This document shows positions 25,612 through 32,000 of a stretch of DNA of 32,000 nt, one piece after another (the first letter of the stretch is position 1; each line of letters begins with the position of its first letter). A program made the position numbers and the translations under genes. The notes below the pieces were generated by a model. That model did not search any database. It saw only the letters and a program-made list of their open reading frames with translations, and was not told the origin of the DNA. Location of the stretch: contig CP065016.1 of NCBI GenBank assembly GCA_016700375.1, positions 1,110,001-1,142,000 on the forward strand, read 5' to 3'. This DNA is from Candidatus Saccharimonadota bacterium (GTDB lineage: Bacteria; Patescibacteriota; Saccharimonadia; Saccharimonadales; UBA4665).

Positions 25612-26137
25612 AAAGTGATAATTTTCCAAGGCGGGGGATAATATGTGTTTGTAAAAATGTTATTCTTGGCCCATCTTTTACCCTAGATAGCTGTTGATAC
25701 CATTCAAGTTGTTTCGAGGGGTGTAAAACTGCGTATCCACTTGTTAGTTCCGGGTGCTCACCATCACCGGGGTAAATGAGAGCATCCTCGTGAGCTTCCC
25801 CGTAGGACCATGTTCCTACCGTTGTGTCGGCGTCTATTTGAACGGGTCGCCGGAGCTTAGGCTCTATTTTTGAAAGGTCGATTTCTTGGCGAAATGTTAT
25901 CACGCCCCTGTAGCGGTTAGGGCGCCAATCATTTGCTCGAATAGTATTTTGCAGTGCATCAGGCACACAAATATCGAGGTCACTCACACTTATTCGGTGA
26001 AGCGTAAGGGGCATATCGAGCATGACCTTATAAAGCGCTAACGCAGTACTTCCAACGATAATAATGCCTGACCGGCCATGCTCGCTCGTATGGGCTGCGA
26101 TTTCTGGGGAACGATTGAGGGCTTGGAGCTGGAGCAT
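25601..26137 (-). CDS. putative nucleotidyltransferase-fold (Pol-beta superfamily, MNT/KNTase-like) protein
   Basis: 178 aa. IIIVGSTALALY...(x12)...ISVSDLDICV fits the minimal NTase pattern hG[GS]x9-13Dh[DE]h. The 3' end overlaps the convergent upstream gene by 11 nt. Confidence 0.5.
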   Translation of the reverse strand: MLQLQALNRSPEIAAHTSEHGRSGIIIVGSTALALYKVMLDMPLTLHRISVSDLDICVPDALQNTIRANDWRPNRYRGVITFRQEIDLSKIEPKLRRPVQIDADTTVGTWSYGEAHEDALIYPGDGEHPELTSGYAVLHPSKQLEWYQQLSRVKDGPRITFLQTHIIPRLGKLSLFKQ

Positions 26138-26239
26138 TTATATAATTATAACATAATATTCCCGGAATAAAAATGTGATGGTCATTACAGTCGCTCCATT
26201 AGCGCATAGTATACTGTTCTCATATGCAAGGAGTTCAAC

Positions 26240-27097
26240 ATGGCTTTGTGGGATAAAATCGGCAGTAGTGGGAATGTAGAAGACCGGCGGGGCATGGGGA
26301 CCGGCGGTATAGCCGTTACGAGCATTGGCGGGCTCATTTTGTTTCTTGCATTTGCATTTCTGGGCGGCGGTACAGGGCAAAACGGCAGTATGCTCGAGCA
26401 AATTCTTGGCCAGGTCGCCCAACAGCAGCCGACCACGACATCTCAGCCCGCCGAATTCCAGGGTGCCGACCAGTACGAGACGTTTACCAAGAAAGTGCTT
26501 GGGTCTAACAACGACACCTGGCAGGCAATACTTGCCGTGCAAGGTGTGGAGTATACACCCCCGAAGCTTGTACTGTTTCGGGACCTAACGCAGTCTGCGT
26601 GCGGCGCGGCTAGTTCGGCCGTTGGGCCGCACTATTGCCCCTATGACCAAACGATTTATATGGACGAAACATTTTTCGACGAACTCCAGCGGCGGTTTGG
26701 CGGCAGTAGCGGCGATGTAGCACAAGCCTACGTTATTTCACACGAGGTCGGGCATCATGTGCAAAACGTCACTGGCACCATGGAGCAGGTAGCCGCTGCC
26801 CAGCAAGACGACCCGGGTGCGGCAAATGAGTTATCGGTACGCTTAGAACTACAAGCCGACTGCTACGCGGGCATATGGGCCCGTTCGCTCTCGCAGCTTG
26901 GTGTTTTTGAAAACCCCGACGAAATCAAAGAAGCGCTCAGTGCTGCTGCAGCCGTCGGCGATGACCGTATACAAGAAGCCACGCAAGGTCGCAGCAACCC
27001 CGAGACCTGGACACACGGCTCATCCGCTCAGCGTACTAAATGGTTTACTACGGGCTACAACACGGGAAAAATGGCAAGCTGCAATACGTTTGAGTAG
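26240..27097 (+). CDS. YpfJ-family neutral zinc metallopeptidase
   Basis: MALWDKIGSSGNVEDRRG N-terminus, a single TM, and ISHEVGHHVQN (HExxH). RBS aaggag. Confidence 0.8.
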   Translation: MALWDKIGSSGNVEDRRGMGTGGIAVTSIGGLILFLAFAFLGGGTGQNGSMLEQILGQVAQQQPTTTSQPAEFQGADQYETFTKKVLGSNNDTWQAILAVQGVEYTPPKLVLFRDLTQSACGAASSAVGPHYCPYDQTIYMDETFFDELQRRFGGSSGDVAQAYVISHEVGHHVQNVTGTMEQVAAAQQDDPGAANELSVRLELQADCYAGIWARSLSQLGVFENPDEIKEALSAAAAVGDDRIQEATQGRSNPETWTHGSSAQRTKWFTTGYNTGKMASCNTFE

Positions 27098-27433
27098 TCA
27101 GCTCCTATGGTTAGTGTTTTACTACTGCCGTGCAAGCCTTGCAGAAGTCTATGCCCATTTCACTAAATCTAAATACTTCGATAGTCTCCAAAGCCGGTGG
27201 ATACGGTCCCATTGATATACCCTGTATAATGGGCGGACGGAGAATGTTAAAACTATAAAGCTTTTGTATTAAAACGGCTAATTGTTCTTTTGTAATACTT
27301 TCTCCCGACCCTACAAGTACTTTATTAAAATCGTAAGACGTTTCATAGCTTTCGTTACTCTGACTAAACAATAAATTAATCATACTAGCCTCAACAGGCT
27401 CAAGATTTTTAAGAATGGTAATGTAGTAATTGT

Positions 27434-28475
27434 GTACTAAGCCCCAATTGTCCAGACACTTAGACATGAGTTACTGTTCCTTTCCATACCGCTTCATAGT
27501 GCTCCATTGGCGGCAGGTTATTGCAGCTGCTATGCCGTCTCACGCGATTGTATTCGTTCTGCCATAGTTTCATTGCTTCGTTGAACGCGACGACATCAAG
27601 CTCGGTCGTTTTGGTGACGTGGTAAAACTCTTCTTCGTCTGTCCGATGGCTCCGCTCGACAAAACCATTATGTTGGGGTGTACCCGGTCGGGATAGCTTG
27701 TGCTCGATGCCCCGGTCGAGCAGGTACTGCGTGAACGGGTGGATACGTCTGAGCTCATGGTCACGCTTTTTGTTACCGCCAGTAGACAAATTGGTGAACG
27801 TGGAGTGGTTATCTGTCTGGACACATTCCACCGTAATACCAATCGATTCGTAGAACGCCAGGGCTTCACGCACAAAGGCGATTGAGTTGCTATTCGACAA
27901 GCCATCCTTGACCGCCAGGTACCGGATCTTGCTGACAATGTCTATCGCTGTAAACTGCTGTCTCCGACTCCGTCGTTTATCTTCGTCCGGACGAACCGGT
28001 GCAGCCTTAGTGTCAATCTGCACTCGGTAGCCTGGATAGGGCGCGTAGAACGGTCTCGTTGGCTTTTTCTTTGGATGTTTCTGGTGCTTTACGAGGTCGG
28101 CTCGTTCAATAATGCCGCGGACAGCTTTCTCGCCAATGGATATTCCAGAGTCACTCATCTCATCGACGATTCGCTTCGGGCCATAGGATAGTCCCAGCCT
28201 GATTTGTAGCACCAAATCCTCAATGTCTTCATTCGTCTGCCAGGATACCCTGCCTTTTGGTCCAGGCTTCTGCGGGAACAGTTCGATCCGCCAAGCATAG
28301 ATAGTATCCCGATGGATCCCAAACATTCGGGCAGCGATTGCCGCGCCTTTCGCATCGGCTTCAGTTAACACTCGTTTACGATAGGCAATAACTTGATGTC
28401 GGGTTAGGTTCTTCTTCATACACATATGCCCCAATTCTACACACCGAGGTGTCGGAGGGATTGGGGCTTAGTATA
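27434..28475 (-). mobile_element. IS481-family insertion sequence, apparently intact
   Basis: Terminal inverted repeats (g)tactaagccccaat (27434..27448) and attggggcttagta(t) (28460..28474). Flanked by the 16-bp direct repeat gtaatgtagtaattgt (27418..27433 and 28476..28491). Confidence 0.8.
27460..28434 (-). CDS. IS481-family transposase (HTH + rve integrase core)
   Basis: N-terminal HTH (AARMFGIHRDTIYAWR). DDE core YRVQIDTK..., VQTDNHSTF, RPGTPQHNGFVERSHRTDEEEF. The start may be ATG 28419. Confidence 0.9.
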   Translation of the reverse strand: MGHMCMKKNLTRHQVIAYRKRVLTEADAKGAAIAARMFGIHRDTIYAWRIELFPQKPGPKGRVSWQTNEDIEDLVLQIRLGLSYGPKRIVDEMSDSGISIGEKAVRGIIERADLVKHQKHPKKKPTRPFYAPYPGYRVQIDTKAAPVRPDEDKRRSRRQQFTAIDIVSKIRYLAVKDGLSNSNSIAFVREALAFYESIGITVECVQTDNHSTFTNLSTGGNKKRDHELRRIHPFTQYLLDRGIEHKLSRPGTPQHNGFVERSHRTDEEEFYHVTKTTELDVVAFNEAMKLWQNEYNRVRRHSSCNNLPPMEHYEAVWKGTVTHV

Positions 28476-28863
28476 GTAATGTAGTAATTGTTTGTTGACG
28501 GATTCACACTGCGATTCACTAAAAGGTTTGCCCACATCTCCTGTAATATCTCGTTTTCTTCTAAGGACGACTCTTCAAAGAATTGGCTTAAAAACTTGGG
28601 GCTCACCCTATTTGGATCTAGATTAGACTCTTCGCACTTCCTTCTTACGCGCCCAGCAATGTTTATGAGGTTATTCCATCTCCATAATTTGATCCAATCA
28701 CCTCCTAATAAACCTAACAAATCACTACCAGCAAATTTTTGCAGGAAGTCATAGTCCTCTTTGTTTATCTCACCTTCTATCGCTGGGGTCTTTAACTTCA
28801 TAATTAAATTGGCCCTTCCGGCCATTTATAGATGATATCTTGCGGGCATATATTTATGACTCT

Positions 28864-28940
28864 TGGTACCCCGCACAGGAATCGAACCTGCAACCTCCGG
28901 TACCGGAAACCGACGCTCTATCCAATTGAGCTAACGGGGC
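28864..28940 (-). tRNA. tRNA-Arg (anticodon CCG), CCA encoded
   Basis: The reverse complement folds as a cloverleaf: GCCCCGT-TA-GCTC-AATTGGATA-GAGC-G-TCGGT-TTCCGGT-ACCGG-AGGTT-GCAGG-TTCGATT-CCTGT-GCGGGGT-A-CCA. Acceptor has G1.U72 and U7.G66 wobbles. Confidence 0.9.
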
Positions 28941-29008
28941 TCGTCCTCCCGTACGCGCCTACCTCGTTTTACCTATCGGTAAAAGCTTCGGCCTAGCGCT
29001 ACGGTCGT

Positions 29009-29064
29009 CCTCTCAAAATCTCAAACGGTCGACTTCGCTCCCTGGTTTGAGATTTTGCTAGAGG
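29009..29064. repeat. long hairpin (13-bp perfect stem plus 5-bp extension) between tRNA-Arg and folC
   Basis: cctct-caaaatctcaaac (29009..29026), 18-nt loop, then gtttgagattttg-ct-agagg (29045..29064). Confidence 0.6.
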
Positions 29065-29125
29065 AAGTGGTACCGAGTGAATTATAGCACGTATAACAGA
29101 GGTGTGGTATGGTAATGGGGTGAAA

Positions 29126-30397
29126 ATGACCACTCTTTCTGAGGTGAATGAGGCGCTGCGTCCGTATGATGCTGTTTCGAAGCGCACTGTTGGCAAGCAC
29201 ATAACGCTTGGTCGCACAGAACGCCTCATGGCCCACCTCAGCAACCCAGAAAAATCGCTTTGTGTCATACATGTGGCCGGTACTAGCGGCAAAACATCTA
29301 CCTCGTATTTCATCACTGCACTACTTGTAGCCGCAGGTTCTAAAGTCGGTACCACCGTCTCGCCCTACGTAGACGGAATGAACGAACAGGTTCAAATAAA
29401 TGGTCTGCCACTTTCCGAGAAACAGTTTGCCGCATACTTCGGCGAGTTCATCGAGCTGCTGAGCGATGCGCCAGAGCAGCCGACCCGCTTCGAGGTTTTG
29501 ATAGCGTTTGCCTATTGGGTCTTTCAAAAAGAACAGGTTGACTATGCGGTCATAGAAACCGGTATGGGCGGGCTGGACGATTCTACGAACATCGCGGCCC
29601 GCACTGATAAACTTTGCGTTATCACCGATATCGGTTATGACCATATGGAGCATTTGGGAACTACTTTGGGCAAAATTGCCTATCAAAAGGCAGGGATTAT
29701 TCACGATGGCAACACTGCACTCATGTACGACCAAAATCCAGAAATCATGACAGTGGTGCGTTACTGGGTGAGCCAGCAAGAAGATGCTGAGTTGCTTACT
29801 TTTGAGCAAGATAGGCTTGCTAACGCGTACCATGGTAATTTCTCAGCAGACATGCCAGAGTACCAGAAGCGCAACTGGCTGCTGGCATTCGCGGCCTACA
29901 AATTTCTGGTAAAACGAGACGAATTACGCGATATTTCTGCGACAAAGTTGCAAAAAACCATGGAGCTACAAGTGCCAGGGCGCATGGACGAACGCAGGAT
30001 TACGGGCAAAACCATACTCATGGACGGAGCACATAACGGGCAGAAAATGAGTGCGTTTTGGCAAAGTTTTGCTGCAAAATATCCTGGTGTGAAGCCAGTC
30101 GTACTGCTCGCCCTGAAGCAGGGTAAAGAAATAGCCGATATTGTTCCGCTACTGCAAAACCACGCCGCTGAAGTCATAGTTACGACCTTCACCAAAACAC
30201 AGGACTTGCCCCTGCTTTCCATAGGACCAAGTGAAATCACCAGCGTACTACAGGCAAATGGAGTGAAATGTCGTGCCGTACACAGTCAAAAGGAGGCATA
30301 TGAAACGTTCCTCCATCACGTTCAAGATATTGGTGTTATAACGGGTTCTTTCTTCCTCATTTCTCAGCTTCGGGAAGGACATAGAGAACTCAGATGA
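29126..30397 (+). CDS. folC: bifunctional folylpolyglutamate synthase / dihydrofolate synthase
   Basis: Mur-ligase P-loop HVAGTSGKTSTS. Also ETGMGGLDDSTN, DHMEHLG, LMDGAHN. ORF 29102 trimmed to ATG 29126 (MTTLSEVNEAL). Confidence 0.85.
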   Translation: MTTLSEVNEALRPYDAVSKRTVGKHITLGRTERLMAHLSNPEKSLCVIHVAGTSGKTSTSYFITALLVAAGSKVGTTVSPYVDGMNEQVQINGLPLSEKQFAAYFGEFIELLSDAPEQPTRFEVLIAFAYWVFQKEQVDYAVIETGMGGLDDSTNIAARTDKLCVITDIGYDHMEHLGTTLGKIAYQKAGIIHDGNTALMYDQNPEIMTVVRYWVSQQEDAELLTFEQDRLANAYHGNFSADMPEYQKRNWLLAFAAYKFLVKRDELRDISATKLQKTMELQVPGRMDERRITGKTILMDGAHNGQKMSAFWQSFAAKYPGVKPVVLLALKQGKEIADIVPLLQNHAAEVIVTTFTKTQDLPLLSIGPSEITSVLQANGVKCRAVHSQKEAYETFLHHVQDIGVITGSFFLISQLREGHRELR

Positions 30398-30401
30398 TAT
30401 T

Positions 30402-30476
30402 TTGTCATTCTGAGCGAATGCGAAGAATCTTCTCTGGACTTCATAGGAGATCTTACGCTCATGCTCAAGATGACAA
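30402..30476. repeat. imperfect 75-bp palindromic intergenic element
   Basis: ttgtcattctgagcgaatgcgaagaatct... pairs imperfectly with ...agatcttacgctcatgctcaagatgacaa. The 7-bp termini ttgtcat/atgacaa are perfect. Confidence 0.5.
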
Positions 30477-30509
30477 GATGGTGGCGGGGTGCATTAGGAG
30501 AAGACAATC

Positions 30510-31019
30510 ATGATTCGGGATATTGTGGCGGTTGATGAAAAAGGTGGTATGGCAAAAAGGGGTAAAACCCCATGGTTTATACCGGAAGACCTTACGTATT
30601 TTCACGAACAGAGCAAACGGTTTGGCGGCAACCTGCTCATTGGGCGTGGCACCTACGAGGCTATGAAAAAGGGGTTAGTCGAAAGACACGGTGCGAACGC
30701 GTGGCCACCAGCTGGACGCCACTTGTATGTACTAACTTCTCATGACATACCAGACGAAACGAACGTAACCATCATTCATTCTCTCGAAAAATTTTTGGCA
30801 GATATGGCCGCCGCTGGTAAAGATGTATGGAACGGCAGCATTGCCGAGGTGGAGCCAGACCAAATCTACCTGACTCGCGTGCATGCAGACTACGACTGCG
30901 ACAAGTTTTACCCCATGGAACGACTACGAAACTTCACGCTCATAAAATCATGGCCGGGTACGCCAGGTGTAGATGAGCCGCAGTATACATTTGAGGTTTA
31001 CGAGCGTATAAAAAACTAA
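30510..31019 (+). CDS. folA: dihydrofolate reductase-like protein
   Basis: IVAVDEKGGMAKRGKTPWFIPEDLTYFHEQS...LLIGRGTYEAM...PAGRHLYVLT... matches the DHFR layout. RBS aggaga. Adjacent to folC. Confidence 0.75.
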   Translation: MIRDIVAVDEKGGMAKRGKTPWFIPEDLTYFHEQSKRFGGNLLIGRGTYEAMKKGLVERHGANAWPPAGRHLYVLTSHDIPDETNVTIIHSLEKFLADMAAAGKDVWNGSIAEVEPDQIYLTRVHADYDCDKFYPMERLRNFTLIKSWPGTPGVDEPQYTFEVYERIKN

Positions 31020-31074
31020 GATAACACTGGCTTATATATAACCAAAGATACGAACGTAATAGAAAATTGTGTCT

Positions 31075-31111
31075 AGAAAAATGAAAAAGCCCAGACAAGC
31101 CGGACTTTTTC
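31075..31111 (-). terminator. intrinsic terminator on the minus strand
   Basis: The minus-strand RNA GAAAAAGUCCGG-CUUGU-CUGGGCUUUUUC forms a 12-bp stem (2 G.U pairs) followed by AUUUUUCU. On the plus strand the wobbles become A.C mismatches. Confidence 0.6.
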
Positions 31112-31255
31112 ATGCGGATTGTCACTAGGTGACTCCCCGCACACTGCCCCGAAGGGCGGTGACCACCTCAACGATGGTATTTACCACTCTACGCTCATGC
31201 GCAAACCATTGCAAGCACGAGCATTTTATGATGTGGATAACCTGGGGATAAATCC

Positions 31256-31504
31256 CTATAGATAATGTCTTCTTAGGAAGGCGATACCGGAACCGGTTTT
31301 AAGATATTGCTCGTATGCAATGGCTTTATTCTTCGACGTAAAGGCAGTGTAAACGATTAAGTCCCAAGGACGGTACTTGCTCGTGTGTTTGCTGCGACCG
31401 GCATTATGATTGGTAAAACGTTGTCGTAAATTGGAAGTGATACCGACATATGTTTCATTGAACCGCTGACTTTTTAGCAGATAGACGTAATACACAGGTA
31501 GCAA
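31256..31504 (-). CDS. GIY-YIG nuclease family protein (UPF0213/YhbQ-like)
   Basis: 82 aa. YYVYLLKS...ETYVGITSNLRQRFTNHN is the GIY-YIG core. TTG start with aggagga upstream. Confidence 0.8.
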   Translation of the reverse strand: MLPVYYVYLLKSQRFNETYVGITSNLRQRFTNHNAGRSKHTSKYRPWDLIVYTAFTSKNKAIAYEQYLKTGSGIAFLRRHYL

Positions 31505-31634
31505 TAATATACAAAGAATCCTCCTTCGCGCAAGGCTTCGGAGGACATTCTATTTCATGGTTTGGACTAGTGGAATGTATCAGACAGAACACACGTTCGA
31601 TATATTTATTCTACGAAGCTTTAGCGAAGTAGAA

Positions 31635-31711
31635 TGGTACGCCCTGCAGGATTCGAACCTACGACCTTCTGTTCCGAAGACAGACGCTCTAATCCGCTGA
31701 GCTAAGGGCGC
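31635..31711 (-). tRNA. tRNA-Arg (anticodon UCG), CCA encoded
   Basis: Reverse complement: GCGCCCT-TA-GCTC-AGCGGATTA-GAGC-G-TCTGT-CTTCGGA-ACAGA-AGGTC-GTAGG-TTCGAAT-CCTGC-AGGGCGT-A-CCA. G1.U72 wobble. Confidence 0.9.
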
Positions 31712-31743
31712 GCAAATGTATGCATAGTATAACAGGGAAATAT

Positions 31744-32000
31744 CTAAATAACGAGGAGGATGACGCCAAAGGTGCACATGGCGGCAGCAGTGAGTTTGCG
31801 TGCAATGTTAGTGCGCTCGCTGCGCATAAAAGCAAAGGCCAGTAGGGCGGTGACGATTATTCCTGCTTGGCGAATAGGCGCTACGAGGCTAAAAGGACCG
31901 TATAGGTAGGCATAGTTCATAGCGGCATTGCCAAGTGCATATATCACTGCCAGGATGATCAGCAGACGAAGTACTTTACCGCGGATGAGGTTTTTACAGA
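31744..32000 (-). CDS. EamA/DMT-family transporter, C-terminal part (5' end beyond the window)
   Basis: The frame stays open from 31947 to the window edge (…KVLRLLIILAVIYALGNAAMNYAYLYGPFSLVAPIRQAG...). Hydrophobic EamA-like C-terminus. Confidence 0.6.
   Translation of the reverse strand, partial: CKNLIRGKVLRLLIILAVIYALGNAAMNYAYLYGPFSLVAPIRQAGIIVTALLAFAFMRSERTNIARKLTAAAMCTFGVILLVI

Larger units (their letters stand above)
27111..28825 (-). pseudogene. Abi_alpha/DUF4393-like gene split by an IS insertion
   Basis: The N-part (28825..28476) ends ...RSVNPSTNNYYIT. The C-part resumes NYYITILKNLEP... at 27433 and runs to 27111. Removing 27434..28491 restores one 218-aa frame. NEILQEMWANLLVN resembles the family hallmark. 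Confidence 0.65.

Noticed and set aside
24970-26137. An MNT/HEPN-type toxin-antitoxin pair: the NTase-like 178-aa ORF next to a 213-aa ORF containing an Rx6H string (RQDNAIEH).
   Set aside because: The genes are convergent and overlap tail-to-tail, so they are not an operon. The 213-aa protein is larger than typical HEPN partners, and a single Rx6H match is expected by chance.
28941-29125. Possible THF (folate) riboswitch upstream of folC.
   Set aside because: Nothing resembling the THF-I conserved segments I can recall was seen. The hairpin found is a simple stem-loop. The claim would need an Rfam scan.
31083-31111. The minus-strand sequence GAAAAAGUCCGGC resembles the RNase P RNA CR-I/P4 motif (GGAAAGUCCGG) and is preceded by a UUCG hairpin like P3.
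   Set aside because: An RNase P RNA would need about 250 more nt downstream on the minus strand, and that space is occupied by the well-supported folA CDS. No CR-IV/CR-V (ACAGAA.CCGGCUUA-type) partner is present. The motif is fully explained as one arm of a 12-bp terminator stem.
1-32000. CRISPR arrays, rRNA genes, prophage structural genes, or an alternative genetic code (UGA recoding).
   Set aside because: No regularly spaced direct repeats or rRNA-like sequence were seen. Long uninterrupted ORFs with recognisable motifs are obtained with the standard code and TGA stops (for example ATGA overlaps), so recoding is unnecessary.

Overview
A 32 kb stretch of a compact, gene-dense bacterial chromosome using the standard genetic code, with many ATGA/TAATG start-stop overlaps. 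All calls rest on reading the ORF translations and the DNA by eye. No database search was run, so family names are motif-based recollections.

Housekeeping content: trhO-like rhodanese protein, peptide deformylase, uvrC, folC, a DHFR-like folA, nitroreductase, two tRNA-Arg genes (CCG and UCG), and a TspO/DUF2177/DUF1295/AlkD-like/DUF1697 stress-type cluster.

Accessory content:
- a Phd/RelE toxin-antitoxin pair fused in an operon to a Nudix gene
- a Fic-domain protein whose catalytic His is replaced by Gln, followed by an 814-aa SEC-C-motif protein
- an intact IS982-family element with an 8-bp target duplication
- an intact IS481-family element that splits an Abi_alpha/DUF4393-like gene next to tRNA-Arg(CCG)
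- the best candidate for an undescribed system: an AT-rich RloC/PrrC-like zinc-hook ABC ATPase (13369..15531), translationally coupled to a DUF2130-type coiled-coil protein with a PD-(D/E)xK motif (15524..16795)

Non-coding oddities:
- a perfect 54-bp palindrome inserted in frame in uvrC
- a 640-bp ORF-free region containing a 183-bp element closed by 15-bp inverted repeats
- several long perfect hairpins
- a structured minus-strand tail ending in a strong terminator
- a recurrent -10 box 6-9 nt upstream of start codons, which suggests leaderless mRNAs

No rRNA genes or CRISPR arrays were seen.
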